From Gammaproteobacteria bacterium (GTDB lineage Bacteria; Pseudomonadota; Gammaproteobacteria; Pseudomonadales; Azotimanducaceae), in NCBI GenBank assembly GCA_009837725.1, contig VXSY01000297.1, forward strand, positions 1,278-65,277: a stretch of 64,000 nucleotides of DNA. The letters are read 5' to 3'. Below the pieces are notes generated by a model that saw nothing but the letters and a program-made list of their open reading frames with translations, was not told the DNA's origin and ran no database searches. Below, one piece after another: positions 19,202 through 28,632 of the stretch; within the stretch, counting starts at the first letter, position 1; the number at the start of each line of letters is the position of its first letter. A program made the translations under genes and the position numbers.

Positions 19202-19243
19202 TCCTGCTTCCAGCACCTCCTGCAGGAGGTGCTGGAAGCAGGA
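19202..19243. repeat. Perfect 42-bp palindrome
   Basis: TCCTGCTTCCAGCACCTCCTGCAGGAGGTGCTGGAAGCAGGA. I checked all 21 pairs by position. It lies 63 nt after the stop of the UDG-fold gene. Confidence 0.95.
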
Positions 19244-20848
19244 GATGACCGAGGCGCTGGGGGGGCGCAACACGGGCCGTGTACGGAGCGACCGGCCTCA
19301 TTGAAGGGCCGCTGCGCACCAATCCGAGAGTACTCCGCGGAAGGCTGCAAGGCCAAATGCGTCCCCATGCCGCCGCCAGGGGGGCTGAACCGATTGGAGT
19401 CGCACACGCCGTTTGGGGCTCGCGAGGTCGCCGTCCGGCATTGAAAAGGGCATGGGGCGCGGGGTCGGTTTCGTGCGTGCACTCACCGCGACCTTTGCCC
19501 CCTTGGCGTGTCGGGTGGCTTCGGCTGCTGCTGGCACTCCCAACGTTGCGGCTGTCGTAGTTCCTGCACCTGCACGAGCGGAAGGGAGAAGCCGATCAGG
19601 GCGGCGGCCTTGACCCGTCGCCTCGCCGTTCCCGCAATCGGTGGGGCTCCAGCGCCGCCAGCGTCTTCCGTGACGGGCGCGGCGTGCTGTATCCGCCCCG
19701 CCCAAGCCACGAGCACGATTCCAGGAAGGGCGTAGTTTCCCCGACGATCCGCAGCAGTTCGTCGTGGTCGAGGCGGTACAGGTTGCCGTCAACCGGGAAC
19801 TCCACCATCACGCCGCGTCCAATGTGCCTTTGGTCGATGCGCAGGCGGGTATGTTGAACGATCTTCACGGATGGGTGCGCCGCAGCTTCACTGCGGCAAG
19901 CGTATCTGTTTGAGTCCTGCCGGAACACCTGGGCTGGCCGTCGGTGTCCCTGAAGAACATGGACGGCTAGCCCTTGGGTTGAGGGCCAGAGGCTCGCGCG
20001 AATGCCCACATTTAGGAACCACTTCGCCAAGTCCAAGGCTGCAGCGGATGCTCAACGCTCGGCGCAGAACCGCCGCCCACGCTCGCCACAAGGAAGTCGC
20101 TCAAGGAGCAATCGCCATTGCGACTGCGCAGAACTGCACTCAAATCTGTCAGTTGATGACGGTCTGTCGCGAGCGACGGCGTACCGTGGCCGCCGAAGAG
20201 CCCTTGACGGGCTGCGACCCGCCGTCCCGCCGGCCGGTGGGATGGTCCGCGCCGCGGTCTGTGCGATCGCTCGGCACATGATCGCGATCCTCCGCAGCAT
20301 CCTCTCCGGAACGCCGCCACTACCTGCGCGATGAGTGCCACACCACCCGCACCGCACGGCGGCAGAATCGCCACGAAGCGCCGGGGATACGCACTGCCGG
20401 CACGGCTGACCGTCCTCCGTGCCGAAGTTCCGCAAGTTCCCGTCCGCCGAGCGGCAGGCCCCGGCCGCCGTCGGCGCTTGGTCAACCTCGGAGCCCTGAG
20501 CCGCAATCCCGGCAGGAGACCGTCCACCGGCACCGTCCGCAACGTCCGCCAGTGCCTAACCCACATCGCGCCCCGCCCGATGCGTTCGAGCGGCTGTGCC
20601 AACGGCTCCCCAGGGAGCACGGTTTCACGCGTGTCGAGGTGACTGGAGCGCAGCAACTGCCAACGCGCCCGCCAAGGTGCGCCGGGACGGACAAGCCGGC
20701 CCTACGGCCCTCGCACGTCGCTCAGGTGCGGACATCGCCGCCGTTGAGATGTGCGAGTTGACGGAAACCCGTGTGCGACATTCGCCATCGGCGTCACAAC
20801 GAGCTTTTCCCGTCGTAGTTTGGGCATCCACCGTTGCGGAGTACGTCA

Positions 20849-21331
20849 ATGCGCCCCTCGCGAGAACTGTTGCGCGCACAGTCGGGCCTTTCTCTTGTGG
20901 AGCTGCTTGTGGCGTTGGCGGTACTCGCCATATTGGCTGTGGTGGCGCTGCCGGTCTATCAGGTGTTGGGCGTGCGCGGCAGCAGGGCCGAGGCGCAGGC
21001 CGACCTCATGGCCTGCGCGCAGGGCATGGAGCGAGCTGTGGGCATGGGGTTCGGCTACGAGGGCCTCGTGGACTCGGACGCGGACGGCGTGGGCGACGCG
21101 GACACAGGCCCCGTGTCCGCGAACATCTGCTCCGTCACGAGCCTCGATTACACGCTCCATGTTCGCACCGCAAGCACAAGCGGCTTCACCCTTCGGGCGG
21201 TGCCAACCACCGCCGGCAACCGTGTGGACGGCGATGGCGCGCTGGAACTTGATAGCGACGGGACGCGTCGCTGGGACCGCAATGACGACGGCGACTTCGA
21301 CGACCAAGGGGAGCGTCGATGGAGCGAGTGA
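20849..21331 (+). CDS. Type IV minor pilin, PilE/FimU-like
   Basis: Prepilin-type N-terminal methylation motif QSGLSLVELLVALAVLAILAVVALP. An alternative TTG start exists at 20834. Confidence 0.8.
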   Translation: MRPSRELLRAQSGLSLVELLVALAVLAILAVVALPVYQVLGVRGSRAEAQADLMACAQGMERAVGMGFGYEGLVDSDADGVGDADTGPVSANICSVTSLDYTLHVRTASTSGFTLRAVPTTAGNRVDGDGALELDSDGTRRWDRNDDGDFDDQGERRWSE

Positions 21332-21900
21332 AGTTGGTCCGCTCGCTCAGCAAGGCGGGGATCTCTGGGTGGTGGTTCCGGCGAGGAGCCTCGCGAGCAA
21401 CTCGGCGAAGGGAGGCACGCGGGCATTCCATGATTGAGGTGCTGGTGGCCGCATTGGTCATGGCCACGGGCGTGTTGGGCGCGAGTGCATTGCAGACCGA
21501 GGGGCTGCGCGCCAATCGCGTCGCCCTGCAGCGCAGCGACTCGGTGCAACTCGCTTGGTCGATCATCGACCGCATCCGCGTCAACGCCGCAGGCGACTAC
21601 GAGGTGGCGCTGGGCGATGCCCCGCCGGCGTTCACCAACTGCATTGCGGTGACATGCTCCGCCAACGACCTCGCAACATTCGATGTCGCGGTGTGGAAAT
21701 GCTCGCTCGGCAACTGGTCCGAGACGAACTCCTGCGCTGCGGCGCAGAGTGCAGGCGCGATCCCGCCTCTGGAACTGCGACCAGGGTTGCCGGCAGGCGA
21801 CGGCAGCATTGAATACAACGGTGCGGAAGTGACGGTTGCGGTGCGCTGGCGGCCCGACGACGGCGAACCGCTGACGTTGCGCGTGAGCAGCCGTTCATGA
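21319..21900 (+). CDS. pilV: Type IV pilus minor pilin PilV
   Basis: RGHSMIEVLVAALVMATGVLGASALQ, typical of the PilV N-terminus. Confidence 0.8.
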   Translation: MERVKLVRSLSKAGISGWWFRRGASRATRRREARGHSMIEVLVAALVMATGVLGASALQTEGLRANRVALQRSDSVQLAWSIIDRIRVNAAGDYEVALGDAPPAFTNCIAVTCSANDLATFDVAVWKCSLGNWSETNSCAAAQSAGAIPPLELRPGLPAGDGSIEYNGAEVTVAVRWRPDDGEPLTLRVSSRS

Positions 21901-22937
21901 ACAGCCGCTCCCGACAGAAAGGACTTTCCCTTGCCGAGCTCCTGCTTGCACTCGCACTGGGAGCCGTGATCGTCGCGGGGTTCGGCCGCATGTTCGCCGC
22001 CAGCCGCACCACGCAGGCGATGTTGGAGGGACAGTCGCGGCTGCAGGAATCCGCTCGCGTGGCACTGGACCTCATCGCCCGATCTGCCCGCGGGGCTGGT
22101 TACGTTGGCTGTGACTCTAGTGCGGCGGTGGCGAATGGGCTGAACGGCGCCTGGCGCGATTTGCCGGAAGTGCGCGTCGCGAGTCCAGTCGAGGCGTTCG
22201 ACGGCGTCGGCGCCGACTCGGATGACGACGCATGGCAGCCGTCGCTCGCTGGCCTCAAGGCAACAGATGGTTCCGGTGGCCTTGGCACAGCACCCCGGCC
22301 GGGCACCGATGTACTCGTCCTGCGTCGCATGGAGGCACGACGGCCACTGGCGCGTTCCGTTGGCCCGCTGGACGCCGTGGTCGTGGATGCCGATGACCTT
22401 GACCTGCAGGACGACGACTTTGCCTTGCTGGCGGATTGCGCGCGGGCAATGCTCTTTCGCATCACTTCCATTGCTGAAGCGGCTGGGGTGGCGACGCTGG
22501 CACGGACGCCCGGCCCAGGGCCGTTCGGCAACAGGGCGGTGGCACTCGGTACCTCGGCTTGGGGTGGTGCTTCAGGCGCCGAGGGCGCTAGCGTCGGGCG
22601 CGTCGTCACAGATGTCTATTTCGTTGCCGAGGTTGGTGCGGGGAACAACCGGGGTGAACCGGTGTTCGCGCTTTGGCGCAAGGTTGGCGATGCTTCCGTG
22701 GCTGAGTTGCTGCGCGGCATTGACGACATGCAGTTGCTGTTGGCGGTGGATTCGACGCCGACGGACGCGGACCGGCGCGCGGACCGCTACCTTTCGCCGG
22801 CGAACTTGGGCGGCGAAGCGGTGCGCGCCGTCCATGTGGAACTCCTGGCGTCGAGCATCGACGCTACGGCTGGCGACCGGCCCTTGCGTCGCGTCTTCGC
22901 CCGCACCGTGGCCCTGCGCCCGCAACTGCTGCGGTGA
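21897..22937 (+). CDS. pilW: Type IV pilus assembly protein PilW
   Basis: QKGLSLAELLLALALGAVIVAGF...QSRLQESARVALDLIARSARGAGYVGC. The start overlaps the pilV stop. Confidence 0.8.
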   Translation: MNSRSRQKGLSLAELLLALALGAVIVAGFGRMFAASRTTQAMLEGQSRLQESARVALDLIARSARGAGYVGCDSSAAVANGLNGAWRDLPEVRVASPVEAFDGVGADSDDDAWQPSLAGLKATDGSGGLGTAPRPGTDVLVLRRMEARRPLARSVGPLDAVVVDADDLDLQDDDFALLADCARAMLFRITSIAEAAGVATLARTPGPGPFGNRAVALGTSAWGGASGAEGASVGRVVTDVYFVAEVGAGNNRGEPVFALWRKVGDASVAELLRGIDDMQLLLAVDSTPTDADRRADRYLSPANLGGEAVRAVHVELLASSIDATAGDRPLRRVFARTVALRPQLLR

Positions 22938-23515
22938 CGGTGCGCGGGCGTGGCGGCGAGTTGCCCCGTGCGCGGGGTGTGGTGCTGTTCACCACGCTGG
23001 TGCTGCTGGCGCTATTGACCATGGTCGGCATTTCCGGCGCGCTCGTGGTGCGCATGGAGCAGGGCATGGCGCGCAACGCCCACGACTCGATGCTGGCCTT
23101 CCAGGCCGCCGAGTCTGCGCTTCGAGATGCGGAGGACTGGCTCGCCGCCAACGCGACGGACCCTGCCGCAGTCTTTCCCGCGCCCGGCCAAGGTCGTCAC
23201 GGTGCGCCGGCATGGGGCACGGCGCCGGGTTGGCGTCAAGACGATGTGTGGCAGAGAGGCAGCGCAGAAGCCACAGCCCTTGGCGGCGTCGCCATGCCGC
23301 CGCGCTACGTCATTGAGTGGCTCACGTCATACCCCGACGCGGCGCCCCCCGACGGCAGCGGGGGTACGGTCGATGCCTTCCGCATCACCGCATTGGGCTA
23401 CGGTGGCACCGAGCGTGCTCAGGTTGTACTCCAGACGACCTTTGGCCGTCTGCGGGGCGTAGTGGGCGGGAGCCCAGGCCGGCTTTCGTGGATGGAGTTC
23501 GACAGCGTTCCGTGA
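22934..23515 (+). CDS. pilX: Type IV pilus minor pilin PilX
   Basis: ARGVVLFTTLVLLALLTMVGISGALVVRMEQGMARNAHDSMLAFQAAESALRDAE (PilX_N pattern). Confidence 0.75.
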   Translation: MTVRGRGGELPRARGVVLFTTLVLLALLTMVGISGALVVRMEQGMARNAHDSMLAFQAAESALRDAEDWLAANATDPAAVFPAPGQGRHGAPAWGTAPGWRQDDVWQRGSAEATALGGVAMPPRYVIEWLTSYPDAAPPDGSGGTVDAFRITALGYGGTERAQVVLQTTFGRLRGVVGGSPGRLSWMEFDSVP

Positions 23516-23547
23516 GGGGGCTGCCGACCCGGTCGAGGGTGTGGCGG

Positions 23548-24534
23548 TCAATGCAACGCGAGTGCCCGTTTCCAGAAAGCGATCATGTCCTCGCGGAACA
23601 TCTGCGCCTCGCCCGGGGCGCTGCCGATGTGGGCGCCGCGACGGCCGTGACCGGACTTGAGGGCGTGGACGAAGCCGTCTCGGTCCACGAGGTCTGGGTT
23701 GGCTGCGTCCGAATGGGCGAGGATCATGGCGCCGTTGTCGGCGAGGTAGGTGATGGGTGCGCCCGGAGCCACCCTTGCCTCCGCGACGAGTTCCAAGGGG
23801 GTGTCGCGGTCGTAGCTGTGGTGGGCGCCGGCGACCAGGTGCATCGTCGCCTTGCCGCCGGTCAGCCGGATCGCGTGGCATTGCGCCTGCACCTGCACCG
23901 GGGCACACCATTCGTCGGCGTCGCCCATGAGTACCAGCACCTCGGTGTCGCCCACCGCCGGGTTCTCGAACTGCTGGCCGCACCACGGGTAGGCTGCGAG
24001 GATGGCGGCTAGACCGTGGTGCCTTCCCAGCATCGCATCCGCAAGGCAGCGGCTCGCGGCCATCATCACCGCCGTGCCGCCTCGGCTGTGGCCTTGGGCG
24101 CCGATTCGCTGAGCATCGATGTCGTCCATGCCGGCGAGCACGCGATAGGCGGCTAGCACGTCGCAGGCGCTGGCCGCGAAAGAGAACTGGGCTTGGTTTG
24201 CCACGGTCGATATCACGCCGCGAGCGGCGAAACTATCGACGATGCAGGTGGCGAATCCGAGGTCGCAGAGGGTCTCGGCATGACGCACGTGGGACGGGGC
24301 GACGCCGAGGCTTCCGGGCACCACCAACACCGCGGCATAGGGTGGCCGCGCATCCACTGGCCGGAACAGCTTGCCGTCGATCACCGTGCGCGGCATTTCG
24401 TCGGGCGCGGTGATGAGTTGGTGATAGTTGATGGGCGATGCCGAGGGAATGGCGATGTTCACGCCCTTGGCGCCGCTTGCGAAGGTGATCGACCGCTCGC
24501 GCAGCGGTGGCGTTTCTGCATTGGCTGCCGTCAT
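23548..24534 (-). CDS. Alpha/beta hydrolase (dienelactone-hydrolase-like)
   Basis: Nucleophile elbow GAQGHSRGG. Start moved to ATG 24532-24534 (MTAANAE...). Confidence 0.7.
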   Translation of the reverse strand: MTAANAETPPLRERSITFASGAKGVNIAIPSASPINYHQLITAPDEMPRTVIDGKLFRPVDARPPYAAVLVVPGSLGVAPSHVRHAETLCDLGFATCIVDSFAARGVISTVANQAQFSFAASACDVLAAYRVLAGMDDIDAQRIGAQGHSRGGTAVMMAASRCLADAMLGRHHGLAAILAAYPWCGQQFENPAVGDTEVLVLMGDADEWCAPVQVQAQCHAIRLTGGKATMHLVAGAHHSYDRDTPLELVAEARVAPGAPITYLADNGAMILAHSDAANPDLVDRDGFVHALKSGHGRRGAHIGSAPGEAQMFREDMIAFWKRALALH

Positions 24535-24806
24535 GTCCGCGTCCTCAAGGATCCTGTACGTCGGCCGGCTTGGCAGCGTGTGTGGGTCACGCCGCGCGCC
24601 GGAAACCGCCCAACATACACGAAGGCGTGGCCGGCGCGTGGCGGGTGGCACGTTCGGACGAGCTGGATGGCAATTTTCTTGCTGTCTTAGTGGGGTTTAA
24701 TGCAACGATTTTGCTGTCCAGGTCCCACTTGCGCGTTCGTTTGGTGCCAAATTGCGCCGACCGAGGCGTACAGTGGCCCCGATGTTGGCCTCGTGAGGAT
24801 GACGTT

Positions 24807-25895
24807 GTGAACGGCAATCCGATGGGTCTCGACGGTTTCGAGTTCGTCGAGTTCGCGGCGGCGCAAGAGGGTGCCATCGAACCCGTGCTCGACATGCTCG
24901 GTTTCGTGCGGGTGGCTCGGCACCGGTCGAAACAGGTCGCGCTCTGGCGGCAGAACGACATCAACTTCGTGGTCAACCACGAGCCCCGGAGCCCAGCGGC
25001 GTATCTCGCAGCGGAGCATGGTCCCTGCGCGGCTGGATTCGCGTTTCGGGTTCGGGATGCGCACCGGGCGTTTGCGCGGGCCGTGGCCTTGGGTGCGGAG
25101 CCGGTGGACGTGCCGACCGGACCGATGGAACTCCGGCTGCCGGCGATTCGCGGTATCGGCGGGGCGCCGCTTTACCTGATCGACCGCTACGGCGAGAAGG
25201 GCTCGATCTACGACATCGACTTCGATTGGCTCGGCTGCCGGCGACCGGAAGGGATTGGTCTCCGCGTGGTCGATCACCTGACCCACAACGTCTATCGGGG
25301 TCGGCTGGCGCATTGGGCGGGCTTCTACGAACGACTGTTCGGCTTCCGCGAGTGTCGGCGCTTCGACATCGAAGGGCGGCACACCGGACTGGTTTCGCGC
25401 GCGATGACGGCGCCGGACGACAAGATTCGCATTCCCCTCAACGAGGATGCGGCGCCGGAGGGCGGCACAGCGGGGCAGGTGGAGGAGTTCCTGCGGCAGC
25501 ACAACGGCGAGGGTATTCAGCACATCGCCTTGGCTTGCGAAGACCTGCCGGCGGTGTGCGATCGGTTGGCGACGAACGGAGTGCCGCTATTGGAACCGCC
25601 ACCTCCGGCCTACTACGAGATGCTCGAGGAGCGTCTGCCGGGGCACGGGGAGCCCGTGGAGGAGTTGGCGGCGCGGGGCATTCTGCTCGACGGCAACACC
25701 GGCGGCGGCGAGGCGCGCCTGCTCTTGCAGATTTTCACCGCGCCGCTGATCGGACCGATCTTTTTTGAGTTCATCGAGCGCAAGCGCGATGAGGGCTTCG
25801 GCGAAGGCAACTTCCAGGCGCTTTTCGAATCGATGGAACGGGAGCAGGCGCGCCCTGGCGGGCGCGTTGGCAGTTCGCCTTCGGCGAACTGCTGA
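24807..25895 (+). CDS. hppD: 4-hydroxyphenylpyruvate dioxygenase
   Basis: [15 protein letters not shown]...[22 protein letters not shown]...[13 protein letters not shown]...[11 protein letters not shown]...[29 protein letters not shown] closely parallels Pseudomonas HPPD. GTG start at 24807 with GAGGA upstream. Confidence 0.93.
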   Translation: MNGNPMGLDGFEFVEFAAAQEGAIEPVLDMLGFVRVARHRSKQVALWRQNDINFVVNHEPRSPAAYLAAEHGPCAAGFAFRVRDAHRAFARAVALGAEPVDVPTGPMELRLPAIRGIGGAPLYLIDRYGEKGSIYDIDFDWLGCRRPEGIGLRVVDHLTHNVYRGRLAHWAGFYERLFGFRECRRFDIEGRHTGLVSRAMTAPDDKIRIPLNEDAAPEGGTAGQVEEFLRQHNGEGIQHIALACEDLPAVCDRLATNGVPLLEPPPPAYYEMLEERLPGHGEPVEELAARGILLDGNTGGGEARLLLQIFTAPLIGPIFFEFIERKRDEGFGEGNFQALFESMEREQARPGGRVGSSPSANC

Positions 25896-25933
25896 AACTC
25901 GCGGAGCGCCCGAGAGGGCCGAGGAGACGCCAG

Positions 25934-26461
25934 ATGGAGATCAAGCGCATCCACCACGTGGCCTATCGCTGCAACGATGCCAAGGAAACCGTGGAGTTCT
26001 ATCGCGACGTGCTCGGCATGCGCTTTGAGTTGGCGTTTGCGGAGGACAAGGTACCGTCCACTGGCGCACCGGACCCCTACATGCACGTATTCCTGGATGC
26101 CGGCATGGGCAACGTGCTGGCGTTCTTCGAGTTGCCGGGCTCGCCGCCCATGGGCAAGGACCCGAACACGCCAAACTGGGTGCAGCACATCGCCTTTGAG
26201 GTCGCGAGCCGGCAGGAGCTGTTTGCGGCGAAGCAACGCCTGGAAGCCACCGGGCTCGACGTGCTCGGCCCCGTGGACCACGGCATCTTCGACTCGATCT
26301 ACTTCTTCGACCCGAGTGGCCACCGCCTCGAACTCACCTGCAACAAGGGCGGCGAGGAACCCCGCGCCCGTGCCCACGCGGTCGCGGAAGACATGCTGGA
26401 GGAATGGCACCGCACCAAACGCGCCCCCCGCCACGCCGCCTGGCTGCACGAAGGGGGATGA
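25934..26461 (+). CDS. VOC (glyoxalase/bleomycin-resistance/dioxygenase) family protein
   Basis: IHHVAYRCNDAKETVEFYRDVLGM...VQHIAFEV...IYFFDPSGHRLEL. Confidence 0.75.
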   Translation: MEIKRIHHVAYRCNDAKETVEFYRDVLGMRFELAFAEDKVPSTGAPDPYMHVFLDAGMGNVLAFFELPGSPPMGKDPNTPNWVQHIAFEVASRQELFAAKQRLEATGLDVLGPVDHGIFDSIYFFDPSGHRLELTCNKGGEEPRARAHAVAEDMLEEWHRTKRAPRHAAWLHEGG

Positions 26462-26619
26462 CCGGCCCCCATTAGGCGCGCCGCCACGATCTAGCAGCTC
26501 GCGCCAACGGACTACCGACGCGTCCCTTCAGGGCGCGCTACCCTCCACCGAAAGAAGCCGAGCAACTCCGGGCTTGCATTGACGTTCGTGGCACCACGGG
26601 CCATCCCGTAGGGGCTACG

Positions 26620-27891
26620 ATGCGTGTTGGATTGACGTGGAGGCGCCTCCGGGCCGGATTGCGCGTGTTTCGTCCCATTGCCGTGAACGTGGGTTTGCGC
26701 TATGCGCGCTCGCGGCGGAGCTTCGTTTCATTCGTGAGCGTGCTGGCGCTTGTGGGGCTGGCGTTGTCGGTGGCCGTGTTGGTGTTTGTGCAAGCGGTTG
26801 CGGAAGGGTTCGATCGAGAACTGGAAACGCGCATCTTGCGCCTGACGCCTCACGTAACGGCGATGGCGCGTGACCCTCGCCAGGACATGGCATCGGCGCT
26901 GGCTTCGGTGCGTGCCGTGCAGGGGGTGCAAGGCGCGGCGGCAGTGGTTTCTGGCGTGGCGCTTGCGGCGGCGGGAGAGCGCGTGGCCGGGGTGTTGCTC
27001 ACCGGCGTGGAACCCGATGAATACCTCGCCGTGTCGCGGGTCTTCGAGCATGTGGAGGGCGATGCCGGCTTGGCCGCAGGTTCCTTCCATGTCGTTCTGG
27101 GCGGCCTGCTGGCGGAACGGTTGGGCGTGGGGCCCGGCGACGCGGTGAGTTTGGCCGTGCCCCAAGGCTCGCTCAGCCCGCTCGGCGCATTCCCGCGTCA
27201 GAAGCGGTTCGTCGTGACGGGGCTCGCGCACACCGCCTCCCAGCTCGATGCATCCCTTGCCGTCGCCCATCGTGCCGATGTGGCAGCGCTGTTTCGCGTC
27301 AATACGGCTGGCACAAGCCTCGAGATTTCCCTTGAGCGACCCCTCGCGGTGCACGACGTGCTTGGCGACATCGCCCGGACGCTGCACGTGGGCCCTTTTT
27401 CGCTGCGGGTGTGGACGCAGTCCTTTGGGCCGCTGCACCGCGCCATCGCTACGACCAAGCAGATGCTGTTCCTGCTGCTGTCGCTGCTCGTGGCCGTTGC
27501 CGCCTTCAATCTGGTTTCATCGCTGGTGATGGTGGTGAACGAGCGTCGTGGCGACGTCGCGGTGCTGCGCACCGTTGGGGGACGCACCGGCCAGGTGGTG
27601 ACGGCCTTCCTCGTTCTTGGCGGCCTGGTGGCGCTGGTCGGCATTACGCTGGGTGTGGCGGGCGGCGTCGGGCTCGGATATGGGGCGGAGGCCGGCTTTC
27701 CGCTTCTCGAAGCCGTGCTCGATACGCGCTTGATGGCGGAATACCTCGTCACGGAACTGCCGGTGGCTTTCGTGGCGTCGGACATCCTGCGCGTTGTGGT
27801 TACCTCATTCGGGTTGTGCCTGCTCGCCTGTGTGTATCCGGCCTGGCGAGCGGCGAGGTTGAACCCGGCGGATGTGCTTCAGCATGAATGA
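26620..27891 (+). CDS. lolC: Lipoprotein-releasing ABC transporter permease LolC
   Basis: FRPIAVNVGLRYARSRR and C-terminal FtsX-type TM helices, with lolD following. An alternative GTG start at 26665 better matches the LolC N-terminus. Confidence 0.85.
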   Translation: MRVGLTWRRLRAGLRVFRPIAVNVGLRYARSRRSFVSFVSVLALVGLALSVAVLVFVQAVAEGFDRELETRILRLTPHVTAMARDPRQDMASALASVRAVQGVQGAAAVVSGVALAAAGERVAGVLLTGVEPDEYLAVSRVFEHVEGDAGLAAGSFHVVLGGLLAERLGVGPGDAVSLAVPQGSLSPLGAFPRQKRFVVTGLAHTASQLDASLAVAHRADVAALFRVNTAGTSLEISLERPLAVHDVLGDIARTLHVGPFSLRVWTQSFGPLHRAIATTKQMLFLLLSLLVAVAAFNLVSSLVMVVNERRGDVAVLRTVGGRTGQVVTAFLVLGGLVALVGITLGVAGGVGLGYGAEAGFPLLEAVLDTRLMAEYLVTELPVAFVASDILRVVVTSFGLCLLACVYPAWRAARLNPADVLQHE

Positions 27892-27939
27892 CGTGGCCGA
27901 ACACGCACGACGCACGCGTCGTACTGATGGAACCTAGCC

Positions 27940-28632
27940 GTGTCTCGAGGCGAGTCGGGCATTGCGCTGGCGGCACAGGGGCTTTTCAAGTCCTATCCCC
28001 AAGGGCGCGGGCGCCTTGCGGTGTTGCGCGGCGTGGACTTGACGGTGGCGTCGGGGGAACGGGTGGCGGTGGTCGGTCGCTCGGGTTCGGGCAAAAGCAC
28101 ACTACTGCATCTGCTAGCGGGCCTGAGCGATCCTGACGAAGGGGTGGTGACCGTCAGGGGCCAGCAGCTCACGGGCGCATCCGCAGCCGCCCGGGCCCGC
28201 ATCCGCAATGCCAACATGGGATTCGTCTATCAGTTCCACCACTTGCTGCCGGAGTTCACGGCGGCGGAAAACGTCGCCATGCCGCTCCTGGTGGGCGGCG
28301 TCGCGCCAGCGCAGGCACTGGAGCGGGCACATGCGTTGCTGAGGCAAGTGGACGTTGTCGAACGCGATGCGCACCGGCCGCATCAGCTCTCCGGCGGGGA
28401 GCGCCAGCGCGTCGCCGTGGCCCGGGCACTGGCTGCGCGACCTGCCGTGGTGCTGGCAGACGAGCCCACCGGCAGCCTGGATACGGCCAACGCGGAAGGC
28501 GTGCTGGAGGTGATGGCTGGCGCGAGTGCGACGGACAATGCCGCGTTGGTAATCGTCACCCACGACGGGGCGATTGCCGAGCGGATGGATCGCGTCGTCA
28601 CGCTGGTGGACGGCGTGGTGCGGCAGGCATGA
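27940..28632 (+). CDS. lolD: Lipoprotein-releasing ABC transporter ATP-binding protein LolD
   Basis: GRSGSGKST (Walker A), LSGGERQRVAVARAL (signature), VLADEPTG (Walker B). Confidence 0.9.
   Translation: MSRGESGIALAAQGLFKSYPQGRGRLAVLRGVDLTVASGERVAVVGRSGSGKSTLLHLLAGLSDPDEGVVTVRGQQLTGASAAARARIRNANMGFVYQFHHLLPEFTAAENVAMPLLVGGVAPAQALERAHALLRQVDVVERDAHRPHQLSGGERQRVAVARALAARPAVVLADEPTGSLDTANAEGVLEVMAGASATDNAALVIVTHDGAIAERMDRVVTLVDGVVRQA

Noticed and set aside
19871-20334. Possible IS110-family transposase C-terminal remnant on the plus strand
   Set aside because: Only a short stretch (LRPAVPPAGGMVRAAVCAIARHMIAILRSIL) loosely resembles the family. The frame is broken and Cys/Arg-rich elsewhere, and no DEDD N-terminal domain was found. 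This is too weak to annotate.
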